Assembly: GCA_019358935.1 (NCBI GenBank)
Contig: JAHHIK010000056.1
Span: forward strand, 1-54,809
Origin: Tolypothrix carrinoi HA7290-LM1
Lineage (GTDB): Bacteria > Cyanobacteriota > Cyanobacteriia > Cyanobacteriales > Nostocaceae
Direction of reading: 5' to 3'
Length of the DNA: 54,809 nucleotides
Under the pieces are notes generated by a model, which saw nothing but the letters and a program-made list of their open reading frames with translations, made no database searches and was not told where the DNA came from. A program made the position numbers and the translations under genes. Positions 40,054 to 49,779 of this stretch are shown piece by piece. Every line of letters begins with the position of its first letter. Position 1 is the stretch's first letter.

Positions 40054-41430
40054 ATGAACCTACCAAACGGTCCGCAATCACCTTCGTTCGTACAGACGCT
40101 GAAGTTCATTGTTAATCCTATGTCGTTTATGGAAGCCTGTGCTAAACGCTACGGAGATATCTTTACATTGCGGTTGAAAACTCCCGTAGTTATTGTCAGC
40201 AATCCCCAAGCAATACAGCAGATATTGACTAGCGATACAAAAGATTTTACAGCCCCATCGACGGTAAACAAGCCTTTTGAACCATTGATGGGCAAGCATT
40301 CTGTAATTATGGCAAGCGGTGATGCACACCGTCGTCAACGTCAATTATTGATGCCGCCGTTTCACGGTGATAGAATGCGAGTTTATGCCAATATCATCAG
40401 TAAAATCACTGATGAGGTAATGAGTCAGCAAGAAGTAGGCAAACCCTTCTGTGTGCGGGAGGCGATGCAAGCGATTACCATGCGGATTATAATGCAAGCT
40501 GTATTTGGATTGTATGAAGGCGATCGCGCTGCCGAAGTAGAAAAACTTCTCGGTTTAATTTTGTCAGCGGGAGGAAGTTCCCCCCTAAATGTTGCTTTTC
40601 TGATTTTCCCGTTTTTGCAACGCGATTTGGGTCCTTTTAGTTATTGGGGAAGCTTTCTCCGTCGCCGGGAAAGAGTTAACCAACTACTGTATGCCGAAAT
40701 TAACGAACGGCGAGAACAACCAGATGCAACGCGATCAGATATTCTCAGCTTGCTGATGGCGGCGCGGGATGAGGCAGGTGAACCGATGACTAATGAAGAG
40801 TTAGGCGATGAGTTAATAACGCTGTTAAGTGCAGGTCATGAAACTACTGCTACTGCTTTGAGTTGGGCATTGTACTGGATTCACAAGCTGCCAGCAGTAC
40901 GCTCAAGGTTACTAGAGGAACTTGATAGCATTGGTGAAAATCCGCACACTAACGCAATTATTAAGTTACCATATCTTAACGCTGTTTGCTGCGAAACTTT
41001 GCGAATTTACCCAGTGGCGCCACTAACTTTTCGCCGCGAGGTGAAAACGCCCGTCTCTTTATGTGGAAACGAACTTCAACCCGGTACAGAGGTGATGGGT
41101 TCAATTTATTTGACGCACCACCGGGAGGATTTATACCCAGAACCGAAGCGGTTTAAGCCTGAGCGCTTTTTGGAAAGGCAATTTTCTGCGTATGAATATC
41201 TGCCTTTTGGGGGAGGTGCTAGGCGCTGCATTGGTATGGCGTTTGCCCAGTTTGAAATGAAGGTGGTATTGGCGAAGATTCTTTCTAATTTGGATTTGGC
41301 GCTGGTTGATAATCGTGATGTGCGACCTAAGCGCCGTGGTTTGGTGACTGGTCCGGATCGCCCGATTCAAATGGTTGTTAAGGGTAAGCGTGAGGTTAAA
41401 TATCCTGCTTTGTCATCTATCTCTGGTTGA
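40054..41430 (+). CDS. Cytochrome P450 (CYP110-like)
   Basis: AGHETT, ETLR, PERF and FGGGARRCIG heme motif. Confidence 0.95.
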   Translation: MNLPNGPQSPSFVQTLKFIVNPMSFMEACAKRYGDIFTLRLKTPVVIVSNPQAIQQILTSDTKDFTAPSTVNKPFEPLMGKHSVIMASGDAHRRQRQLLMPPFHGDRMRVYANIISKITDEVMSQQEVGKPFCVREAMQAITMRIIMQAVFGLYEGDRAAEVEKLLGLILSAGGSSPLNVAFLIFPFLQRDLGPFSYWGSFLRRRERVNQLLYAEINERREQPDATRSDILSLLMAARDEAGEPMTNEELGDELITLLSAGHETTATALSWALYWIHKLPAVRSRLLEELDSIGENPHTNAIIKLPYLNAVCCETLRIYPVAPLTFRREVKTPVSLCGNELQPGTEVMGSIYLTHHREDLYPEPKRFKPERFLERQFSAYEYLPFGGGARRCIGMAFAQFEMKVVLAKILSNLDLALVDNRDVRPKRRGLVTGPDRPIQMVVKGKREVKYPALSSISG

Positions 41431-41575
41431 GTTTTTAATTGGCAGGTTTTTGATATTGTTTGAAATGCGTTGTTCGGGTAGGCGATGCTTACCCGACAAT
41501 ATTTTTTTGAGAACGAACCGCAGAGGCGCAAAGAGCGCAGAGTTAAGAGAAGAGAGAAGTAATTGAAGTTTTATT

Positions 41576-42889
41576 ATGACGTCTTTGTTACAAACGCTGC
41601 AATTAATTGCTAATCCGACGCGGTTTTTGGATGGGTGTGCTGTAAAATATGGGGATGTTTTTAGTGTCAGGGTTTTGGGGATAAATTCGCCGCCTGTGGT
41701 GTTTTTTAGTCATCCGGATGCAATTTCTGAATGTTTTGCGGTGCCGGCGAAGGAGTTGGATTTTCAGAAGGCAACTCATGTATTTAAGCCGCTGTTTGGG
41801 GAGAAGTCGATTGTTTTACAGGAGACGCGATCGCACAATCGTCAAAGACAGTTATTGATGCCGCCTTTTCATGGCGATCGCTTAAAATCTTACGGTGAAT
41901 TAATTTGTCAAATTACTCAAGAAGTTATCAAAAATTGGAATGTTGGTACAGTAATATCTATGCAGAAAGTTATGCCAGATATTACTTTACGAATAATCTT
42001 ACAAGTAGTGTTTGGTATTAGTCCGGGTGTACGTTACCAACAATTAAAAGAACAATTGACTTCTTTATTAGAAGATGTCACTAAACCTTTATATTCCAGC
42101 TTATTTTTCTTTCCCCCGTTGCAAAAGAATTTAGGTGCGTGGAGTCCTTGGGGAAATTATCTCATAAGACGAGAAGAAATAGACAAACTCATATATGCAG
42201 AAATTTCGGAAAGACGCTTAGAAAATGATGCAACGCGATCAGATATTCTCAGTTTATTGATGTCAGCGCGTGACGAAAATGGAGAGCAAATGACAGATGA
42301 AGAATTACGCGATCAATTAGTTTCGCTACTGTTATTAGGATATGAAACTACAGCAGCGGTGTTAGCGTGGGTATTTTATTTAATTCACGCGCATCCAGAG
42401 GTAAAAGATAAGTTAATACAAGAATTAAACGCAAGTGATACATCAAATCCGGAAGTTTTAGCGCAACTTCCTTACCTCACCGCTGTTTGCCAAGAAACAC
42501 TGCGAATTTTTCCTATTGCCTTAATATGTACACCGCGAATGGTAAAAGATAAAGTGGAAATTGCCGGGGAAAAATATTCATCCGGGACAATTTTAGTACC
42601 CTGCATTTATTTAGCACATCGCCGCAGTCAAACTTATCCAGAACCAGAGAAATTTCAACCAGAAAGATTTATCAACTCTAAATTTTCCGCTTATGAATAT
42701 CTACCTTTTGGCGGTGGTTATCGCGGTTGCATAGGTGCAGCATTTTCCATGTATGAAATGAAGTTAATAGTAGCTACAATATTGTCAAATTTTCAGCTAG
42801 CACTTACCGATAATCGTCCGGTACATCCAACGCGCCGAGGTATTACCATTGTTCCTAGTGGTGGTGTGCGAATGCAAGTTAGGGGTTAG
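41576..42889 (+). CDS. Cytochrome P450 (CYP110-like)
   Basis: LGYETT, ETLR, PERF and FGGGYRGCIG. Confidence 0.95.
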   Translation: MTSLLQTLQLIANPTRFLDGCAVKYGDVFSVRVLGINSPPVVFFSHPDAISECFAVPAKELDFQKATHVFKPLFGEKSIVLQETRSHNRQRQLLMPPFHGDRLKSYGELICQITQEVIKNWNVGTVISMQKVMPDITLRIILQVVFGISPGVRYQQLKEQLTSLLEDVTKPLYSSLFFFPPLQKNLGAWSPWGNYLIRREEIDKLIYAEISERRLENDATRSDILSLLMSARDENGEQMTDEELRDQLVSLLLLGYETTAAVLAWVFYLIHAHPEVKDKLIQELNASDTSNPEVLAQLPYLTAVCQETLRIFPIALICTPRMVKDKVEIAGEKYSSGTILVPCIYLAHRRSQTYPEPEKFQPERFINSKFSAYEYLPFGGGYRGCIGAAFSMYEMKLIVATILSNFQLALTDNRPVHPTRRGITIVPSGGVRMQVRG

Positions 42890-43283
42890 GAGTTAAGAGT
42901 TAGGAGTTAGGAGTTAGGAGTTAGGAGTTAGGTAGAGACGTTCTGTGTGGAACGTCTGTACGAGGAGTTAGGAGTTAGAAGTCAACAGTCAATAGTCCCC
43001 CTTGTCCCCTTGTCCCCTTGTCCCCTTGTCCCCTTGTCCACGGACACGTTCCTTAACGGGGACGCCACATGCTTCAACGGAGGGAACCTCCCTTCGGGTT
43101 CGCCACTTCGACGGGACCCAAACCGACACCGCCGAGTGGACTCACCGCAACGCAGTGGCTTGGGAACCCCCGCACGGAAGTGTCCTCCCCTTGTCCTCCT
43201 TGTCCCCCTGTCCCCCTTGTCCCCCCTGTCCCCCCCTCTCCCCCTCCCCCCCTCTCCCTGTCTCCCCCTCCCCCCATCCCCCA
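42885..43283. repeat. (TTAGGAG)n and (CCCCTTGT)n STRRs, a GTAG REP (42932-42961) and nested SDRs (about 43040-43185)
   Basis: Direct inspection of tandem and nested units. Confidence 0.85.
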
Positions 43284-43369
43284 AGTTGCATATTCCCTAT
43301 TGCAGATACGCTTTTAGCTTGCCAGCGTCTAGATTAACGAGTAACAGCATACAAGGAGATTGGCAAGCC

Positions 43370-44110
43370 ATGCACGACGAGCAACGCTTGGAAGAACAAG
43401 CGGTTAGCAAAGCAGCAGAAATGCAGATGTCTAGCCAATTGGATCGAGCAGATAAAATAGAAGTAGATGTGCAAAGCGATCTGTGGAAACTAATTCAAGG
43501 ACAAGCGGATGGAGTTTCTTTTTCAGGTAAAGGACTCGTGGTGCAAAAAGATGTCCGCTTAGAAGAATTAGTACTGCAAACGGATAAAGTTGATATCAAT
43601 CTCTTCAGCGCTCTTTTTGGCGAAGTTGAACTGAACCAACCAGTAAAAAGTATAGCTCGCGTTGTATTAAAAGAAGCAGATATTAACCGCGCTTTGACAT
43701 CAAACTACATTCGCAGCAAAATCCCAACTTTTGATTTGAATGTAGATGGCGAAATTGTCAGTTTGAAGCCGCAAGAAATACAAATATTTTTACCTGGCGA
43801 TGGCAAAATTAAATTTAATGGAACGGTATCAATACACGAAAAAGGTAATACTAACCAGTTAAGTTTCACGGCTATGGTTCGTCCACGCACGCAAACGCAA
43901 CCAATAATGCTGGAAAGTTTCAATTGCACTGAAGGAAATGGCATTTCACTGGAAATAGTTACGGCATTAATGCAGAAGGTAAAAGAACTTGTGAACTTAC
44001 CATATATCAAACTTGATGGTATGGCGTTCCAAATCAAAAATATGGAAGTCCAAAAGGAAAGCATAAAAACTTGGGTAGAAACTTATATTAAGCAAATACC
44101 TACAATGTGA
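43370..44110 (+). CDS. DUF2993/LmeA-family phospholipid-binding protein
   Basis: AAGGAG RBS upstream of ATG 43370; KLIQGQADGV...VVLKEADINRAL. Confidence 0.85.
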   Translation: MHDEQRLEEQAVSKAAEMQMSSQLDRADKIEVDVQSDLWKLIQGQADGVSFSGKGLVVQKDVRLEELVLQTDKVDINLFSALFGEVELNQPVKSIARVVLKEADINRALTSNYIRSKIPTFDLNVDGEIVSLKPQEIQIFLPGDGKIKFNGTVSIHEKGNTNQLSFTAMVRPRTQTQPIMLESFNCTEGNGISLEIVTALMQKVKELVNLPYIKLDGMAFQIKNMEVQKESIKTWVETYIKQIPTM

Positions 44111-44136
44111 AATGAAGACTTAATCCGCATAAACTA

Positions 44137-44178
44137 ACGCAGAGGAATGTATTATACATTTACTTCTGCGTTTTTTTG
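44137..44178 (+). terminator. Intrinsic terminator
   Basis: ACGCAGAG..AATGTA-TTA-TACATT..TTCTGCGT followed by a T-run. Confidence 0.7.
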
Positions 44179-44302
44179 TGCATTTGTATTGATACTCTGT
44201 TTTTGTTGACAATAAAAAGTGATTTATATAACTGCCGATTGATGTAATTTATTATTAACCTTTTGTAATATTAGAAGAGTTACTTAACTCAATATTGCAA
44301 TT

Positions 44303-45982
44303 ATGGAAACCTATGATGTAGTTATTATCGGTGCAGGACATAATGGGCTGGTTTGTGCAGCTTATCTGTTAAAAGCTGGTTATAGCGTATTGTTATTAGA
44401 AAAGCGTTCTGTTCCCGGTGGTGCAGCGACAACTGAAGAATGTATACCAGAAGCACCGGGTTTTAAATTTAATCTCTGCGCGATCGATCACGAATTTATT
44501 CACCTCGGTCCAGTTATTCAAGAATTAGAATTAGAAAAATATGGCTTGGAATATTTAGAATGCGATCCAGTTACATTTTGTCCGCATCCTGATGGCAAGT
44601 ATTTCTTAGGACATAAGTCTTTAGAAAAGACTTGTGCAGAAATTGCTCGTTATAGTGAAAGAGATGCCAAAAAATATGCAGAATATACAAAATACTGGCA
44701 GCACGCGATCGGGGCAATGATTCCCATGTTCAATGCACCGCCAAAGTCAGTTTTAGATATTCTCGGCAACTATGACATCGCCAAGCTGAAAGATTTATTT
44801 TCTGTCATTGGTTCCCCATCGAAAACGCTGGACTTTGTTCGCACCATGCTAACCAGCGCTGAGGATATCCTCAACGAGTGGTTTGATTCAGAATTTCTCA
44901 AAGCACCCCTAGCAAGATTAGCATCAGAACTTGGTGCCCCACCATCGCAAAAAACGATCGCCATTGGTGCAATTATGATGGCAATGCGTCACGACCCTGG
45001 TATGGCTAGACCTCGCGGTGGTACTGGTGCATTGGTGCAAGCTTTGGTTAATTTAGTCACCAGCAAAGGCGGTGTTATTCTCACAGATCAGCACGTTGAC
45101 AAAGTGATGATTGATGATAAAAAAGCTGTCGGTGTGCGGGTTACTGGTGGCAAAGAATATCGCGCTAAATATGGGGTAATTTCTAACATTGATGCCAAAC
45201 GGTTATTTTTACAAATGACTGATAAAAGCGATATCGATGCAGTCGATTCAGACTTATGGGAAAGATTAGAACGCCGTATTGTTAATAATAATGAAACTAT
45301 CCTAAAGATAGATTTAGCTTTAGATGAACCGCTACGTTTTGAACACCACGAACACAAAGATGAGTATTTGATTGGTTCAATCTTAATTGCAGATTCCGTG
45401 AGACACGTTGAACAAGCTCATAGTAAATGTAGCTTAGGAGAGATTCCCGATTCTGACCCATCGATGTATGTGGTGATGCCTAGCGCGTTAGATCCATCAT
45501 TAGCACCACCAGGCAAACATACAGTCTGGATTGAGTTTTTTGCACCCTATCAAATCGCCGGCGCAGAAGGTACAGGTTTGAAAGGTACGGGTTGGACTGA
45601 TGAATTGAAAAACAAAGTTGCTGATAGGGTAGTTGATAAATTGGCGCAGTATTCACCTAATGTGAAAAATGCCACTATTGCCCGTCGCGTCGAAAGTCCA
45701 GCAGAATTAGGTGAAAGATTGGGTGCATATAAAGGTAATTATTACCACATTGATATGACCCTAGATCAAATGATATTTTTCCGTCCTTTGCCAGAAATAG
45801 CGAATTACAAAACGCCAATTGATAATCTATTTTTGACTGGTGCGGGGACACATCCAGGTGGTTCAATTTCTGGGATGCCGGGACGCAATTGTGCGCGGGT
45901 ATTCTTGCAGGCAAAGCATCCAATTACTCAGACTTTGAAGGATGCGCGGAATTCGATTCTGTCAACGTTTAAGATTAATTAG
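44303..45982 (+). CDS. crtO: Beta-carotene ketolase (CrtI-type FAD oxidoreductase)
   Basis: IIGAGHNGLVCAAYL, NLCAIDHEFIHLGPV and GAGTHPGGSISGMPGRNCA. Confidence 0.92.
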   Translation: METYDVVIIGAGHNGLVCAAYLLKAGYSVLLLEKRSVPGGAATTEECIPEAPGFKFNLCAIDHEFIHLGPVIQELELEKYGLEYLECDPVTFCPHPDGKYFLGHKSLEKTCAEIARYSERDAKKYAEYTKYWQHAIGAMIPMFNAPPKSVLDILGNYDIAKLKDLFSVIGSPSKTLDFVRTMLTSAEDILNEWFDSEFLKAPLARLASELGAPPSQKTIAIGAIMMAMRHDPGMARPRGGTGALVQALVNLVTSKGGVILTDQHVDKVMIDDKKAVGVRVTGGKEYRAKYGVISNIDAKRLFLQMTDKSDIDAVDSDLWERLERRIVNNNETILKIDLALDEPLRFEHHEHKDEYLIGSILIADSVRHVEQAHSKCSLGEIPDSDPSMYVVMPSALDPSLAPPGKHTVWIEFFAPYQIAGAEGTGLKGTGWTDELKNKVADRVVDKLAQYSPNVKNATIARRVESPAELGERLGAYKGNYYHIDMTLDQMIFFRPLPEIANYKTPIDNLFLTGAGTHPGGSISGMPGRNCARVFLQAKHPITQTLKDARNSILSTFKIN

Positions 45983-46032
45983 CAGTTGAAAAACCAGAAA
46001 ATATACCAGTCCTAAATCATTCAGAAAAAACA

Positions 46033-46065
46033 AGAATCCCGGTTTTTCCAAAAAACCGGGATTCT
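46033..46065. repeat. Palindrome downstream of crtO
   Basis: AGAATCCCGGTTTTT-CCA-AAAAACCGGGATTCT. Confidence 0.7.
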
Positions 46066-46077
46066 CAGACTTTGGGA

Positions 46078-46378
46078 GTTTCTTTGTCGTACCATGCCCG
46101 ATGTACAGTTAAAAGTTGTGTTTGATGTGACAGAGGATGGTTAAGGTAGAGAAGCGATCGCGTGGCATAAAATTAAGTCAATAAGAGAAATTTAAATGCC
46201 TTCACGCGATATTTACCACAACACTGTCAAAAATGCCCTACTCAAGGATGGATGGACGATTACTCACGATCCTCTAAGACTTGAGTGGGGTAAAAAAGAT
46301 TTATATGTAGACTTGGGAGCAGAGCAACTCATCGCTGCCGAAAACGCAGAACGCAAGATAGCAGTCGAAATCAAAAGT
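46078..46378 (+). repeat. 301-bp direct repeat, copy 1 (xisH upstream region plus first 61 codons)
   Basis: Matches 47570-47870 with about 16 substitutions by manual count. Confidence 0.92.
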
Positions 46379-46402
46379 GATGCCCTCTACCTTCTGCCTT
46401 AA
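46196..46402 (+). pseudogene. xisH: Truncated xisH copy
   Basis: Protein identical to 47688..48104 up to VEIKS, then diverges and stops. Confidence 0.9.
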
Positions 46403-46461
46403 AACCCATCACCAAAATTGCGCGATAATCCAAAAAAATCGTTTCCTAATACTGCCATCAA

Positions 46462-47376
46462 ATGAAAATAAACTCAAAGCGCTCAAACACATTCGATTAT
46501 TACGGCGTAGCAGCAGCTTTACTAACTGCTAGTGGCTGGAGTCTTGCAGGAATATTTATACGTTTATTACCTGATTTTTCTGCTTATTGTATTGTTGCAG
46601 GAAGGTTTACAGTAGCTCTTGTTGTTATGATGCCTTTGTTATGGCTTATTCAAAAAGACCGTATAACTTTTATTCGTTCGCTACAGTCTGCCGAGTATTG
46701 GCATATGAGTGTTATTGTTGTTGGTTGTTGCACTCTAGGCACTACTGCTTTCCAAATGGCACCAGTAGGAGAAGCAACTCTTTTGATGAGTACTGCGCCG
46801 TTGTTCGTAGTTGTCTATAAGCTTTTAAATCGAGAGAAGATTCAGAAAAATGAATTGTTAGGAATTTTATTTGCGGTTCTAGGCATTACTTTCATCCTGG
46901 TTCCCGAATTCTCTACTACCCAAACAGCTACCTTGCAACGTCTCTTGGGTGATGGACTGGCACTTCTCGTTGCATTATTGATGGCTTATTACGCTTTCAG
47001 ATTTAGGCTGCTCAACCAACGTGGTCAAGCACCTGACGAGAAAATAGTTACACTTCTAACTCTTGCCTTAGGTAGCATAGTTTTATGGGCAGTAACAGCC
47101 GTCGTTCCTAACGCTATTAAAACAATTGTGTTAGACAAGCAAGTTTTAGTTGCATTTGCCGGACTAGGAATCATTTGTACTGCTATTCCAACATTAGGTT
47201 ATGCAATAGCATCACGTCGTCTACCACCAATTCTTACTACCACAGTGTTACTGGTGGAACCTATATTTGCTGTCGTTTTTGCCTATCTAATCTTAAAAGA
47301 AGTTCCATCACCTCTACTTGTTCCTGGTGGCTTACTTGTGCTAGGTGGTCTAGTATTTATATCGAAAAGTAAGTAG
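46462..47376 (+). CDS. EamA/DMT-family transporter
   Basis: About 10 TM helices in two EamA repeats; EPIFAVVFAYLILKE. Confidence 0.92.
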   Translation: MKINSKRSNTFDYYGVAAALLTASGWSLAGIFIRLLPDFSAYCIVAGRFTVALVVMMPLLWLIQKDRITFIRSLQSAEYWHMSVIVVGCCTLGTTAFQMAPVGEATLLMSTAPLFVVVYKLLNREKIQKNELLGILFAVLGITFILVPEFSTTQTATLQRLLGDGLALLVALLMAYYAFRFRLLNQRGQAPDEKIVTLLTLALGSIVLWAVTAVVPNAIKTIVLDKQVLVAFAGLGIICTAIPTLGYAIASRRLPPILTTTVLLVEPIFAVVFAYLILKEVPSPLLVPGGLLVLGGLVFISKSK

Positions 47377-47468
47377 AGGATTGGTTAAAACAAATCGGAC
47401 TTGAATTAAAACCCAGTAAAACCAGAATTAGCCACACTGCGCGAGAAACTGAATGATGAACAAAGGTT

Positions 47469-47548
47469 TGAGCGGTAAACCGCTCACCCTTCGGGTTCTG
47501 AAGTCGCTCATGGGGGAGACCCCCAAGACCGCGCTGGCTCACTACGAA
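47469..47548. repeat. Un-nested SDR shell
   Basis: TGAGCGGTAAACCGCTCA CCCTTCGGG..GTCGCTCATGGGGGAGACCCCCAAGACCGCGCTGGCTCA CTACGAA. Confidence 0.75.
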
Positions 47549-47569
47549 CAATGCAGACGGACATCTTCT

Positions 47570-47870
47570 GTTTCTTCGTCGCACCATGCCCGATGTACAG
47601 TGAAAAATTGTGTTTGATGTGACAGAGGATACTTAAGTTGGAGAAGCGATCGCATGGCATAAAATTAAGTCAATAAGAGAAATTAAAATGCCTTCACGCG
47701 ATATCTACCACAACACTGTCAAAAATGCCCTACTCAAAGATGGATGGACGATTACTCACGATCCTCTCAGACTTGAGTGGGGTAAAAAAGATTTATATGT
47801 TGACTTGGGTGCAGAGCAACTCATCGCTGCCGAAAACGCAGAACGCAAGATAGCTGTCGAAATCAAAAGT
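47570..47870 (+). repeat. 301-bp direct repeat, copy 2
   Basis: Matches 46078-46378. Confidence 0.92.
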
Positions 47871-48104
47871 TTTGTTGGTCGTTCTGATATCGATGACTTA
47901 GAAAAAGCACTGGGACAGTACATTCTTTATTATGATATTCTTTCAGAACGAGAGCCAGAACGAGTGTTATACCTTGCTATTCGCAACGCAGTTTACACCG
48001 ATCTGTTTGAAGAACCGATTGGTAAACTATTATTAAATAAAGGTCGTGTCAAGTTAATTGTATTTGACCCTCACACAGAGGTTATTCTCAAATGGATACC
48101 CTAG
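47688..48104 (+). CDS. xisH: XisH-family protein (element excision factor, PD-(D/E)xK fold)
   Basis: DIYHNTVKNALLKDGWTITHDP, DLGAE, IAVEIKSF and ALGQY. Confidence 0.95.
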   Translation: MPSRDIYHNTVKNALLKDGWTITHDPLRLEWGKKDLYVDLGAEQLIAAENAERKIAVEIKSFVGRSDIDDLEKALGQYILYYDILSEREPERVLYLAIRNAVYTDLFEEPIGKLLLNKGRVKLIVFDPHTEVILKWIP

Positions 48105-48427
48105 AAAGCTATCAGCAAATTATTGAGAAGATTCTTTCCGAGTATGCTGCTATTCCCTATGCATACGGTGAGATTAAAAGCGAAGTTGTTTTTGATAGTA
48201 CAAATAACCGTTATTTACTGGTAAATGTGGGATGGGATGGAGAACGCAGGGTTCATGGTTGTATAGTTCATATTGACATCATCAATGGCAAAATCTGGAT
48301 TCAGCGCGATGGAACTGAACATGGTATAGCCGATGACTTGACAAAAGCCGGAATTCCTAAAGACCACATTGTTTTAGGTTTTAGAGAACCTGAACTTAGG
48401 CAGTATACAGGATACGCTGTGGCATAA
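48092..48427 (+). CDS. xisI: XisI-family protein
   Basis: GW...RVHG...HIDIINGKIWIQRDGTE..IA..L...GIPKDHIVLGF; overlaps the xisH 3' end. Confidence 0.95.
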   Translation: MDTLESYQQIIEKILSEYAAIPYAYGEIKSEVVFDSTNNRYLLVNVGWDGERRVHGCIVHIDIINGKIWIQRDGTEHGIADDLTKAGIPKDHIVLGFREPELRQYTGYAVA

Positions 48428-48483
48428 GGGTACTTTCGATCTTGATATGGGAATACTTTTAAATAGGGCTACTGCCTTTTTGT

Positions 48484-48685
48484 TTACCACAACACTGTCA
48501 AAAATGCCCTACTCAAGGATAGATGTACGATTACCCACGATTCTCTTAAACTTGAGTTGGGCAAAAAAAATTTATATGTTGACCTGCAAGCAGAGCAACT
48601 TCTAGCTGCTAAAAATGCAGAACGCAAAATAGCAGTTGAAATTAAAAGTTTGGTTGATCGTTCTAATATTGACGACTTGGAATAA
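48484..48685 (+). pseudogene. xisH: Third, more degraded xisH fragment
   Basis: TTTACCACAACACTGTCAAAAATGCCCTACTCAAGG... homologous through DDLE*, no start codon. Confidence 0.85.
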
Positions 48686-48688
48686 ATT

Positions 48689-48791
48689 ATATCAAGTTCG
48701 GAGATTGCCGCGCAACGCTTGCAAGACGCGATCGCTCCACGCTCGTTGTGTGAGCAATGATGTTTTATAAGTGATTAACCTGACTTGATAT
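48689..48791. mobile_element. Degenerate MITE-like element
   Basis: Imperfect TIRs ATATCAAGTTCGG...CCTGACTTGATAT around a GC-rich HIP1-containing core. Confidence 0.5.
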
Positions 48792-48860
48792 TACAGAATC
48801 ATTTTAAGTGCGGATGCTTTAAATTATTCTACTTATTAGTAACTTTAAAGTCTTGATGCG

Positions 48861-49775
48861 ATGAAAACACTAACTACACTTTTTAGCGAAGAACGCAACC
48901 AACTCCAGACAGATATTGACAAAATAATCAGCGTCGAGCAGGTAGTTAAGCTGGTTCAGAACCGACTCGATAATTTTGAAAGAATTTACATCAGCGAGTT
49001 AAATGTCGCTCAAGTACGTTTGGCTTCGTTTTTTTTGGATACGCTGCGGCAGTCCATTGCCACTCTTGCTGCGGCTAACTTTCCTCAAGTCGCTCCCACA
49101 GAGCAAAAGCAAATTATTAACCAAACTACTAAGTTTTCCCCTAACAGGTTAATCCTAAAAGTGCTAAAGGCACTAATTTATATAGGCATTTTAGGTTCGT
49201 TATTTTCCTTAACTAAAACTGACCCTTTTGCATGGATGGCTATCTTGCTAACCTCTGTGCTTCTAGGGCTGGAAGTTGTGCTTCAACTCGAAAAAGACAA
49301 GTACGAAAACAATTCATCTGAGCTATTAAAATTACCCCAACCTATTCTACGGGTTGATAGCAAAGTCCTTTTAGATAACCTTGCCGATGCTCTCAACACG
49401 ATTGACTTAGCTGTCGCTAGAGTAAAAGAAGAAAACAAAAATGAAGACGATCGCAGCATAGAAGAACTGCCAGAGTTATTGAATTTTATTCAAAGGCTAA
49501 TGGGCGCATCAAAACTTGATAAACCAGAAATGACGATCGCACTAACGAAACTTCTGCCACAGATTTTAATGGAGCAGGGAATTCTTGCTCAAATTTACCG
49601 ACCAAACGATGCCGATAGCGATCGCCAGTATTTTGACTTCGAGCCAAGTATCGACCCTAACAGCAAAGATTACGTGACTATAACTCCCGCTTTATTGAAA
49701 GGCGATCGCTTGCTCAGACGCGGACGGGTAATTGAGCCAGCATCCACCCCAATAACCGACAATAACAAACAATAA
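48861..49775 (+). CDS. Two-TM membrane protein with GrpE-like C-terminal beta-domain
   Basis: TM hairpin around aa 100-142; C-terminal FDFEPS..YVTITPALLKGDRLLRRGRV resembles the GrpE V..GY...R.LR.A.V motif. Confidence 0.65.
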   Translation: MKTLTTLFSEERNQLQTDIDKIISVEQVVKLVQNRLDNFERIYISELNVAQVRLASFFLDTLRQSIATLAAANFPQVAPTEQKQIINQTTKFSPNRLILKVLKALIYIGILGSLFSLTKTDPFAWMAILLTSVLLGLEVVLQLEKDKYENNSSELLKLPQPILRVDSKVLLDNLADALNTIDLAVARVKEENKNEDDRSIEELPELLNFIQRLMGASKLDKPEMTIALTKLLPQILMEQGILAQIYRPNDADSDRQYFDFEPSIDPNSKDYVTITPALLKGDRLLRRGRVIEPASTPITDNNKQ

Positions 49776-49779
49776 GAGT

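Noticed and set aside
42885..42931. (TTAGGAG)n resembling a telomeric repeat
   Set aside because: An ordinary cyanobacterial heptamer STRR in an internal intergenic position
42947..43369. Pro-rich N-terminal extension of the DUF2993 ORF
   Set aside because: Entirely REP/STRR/SDR-derived; a good RBS and ATG exist at 43370
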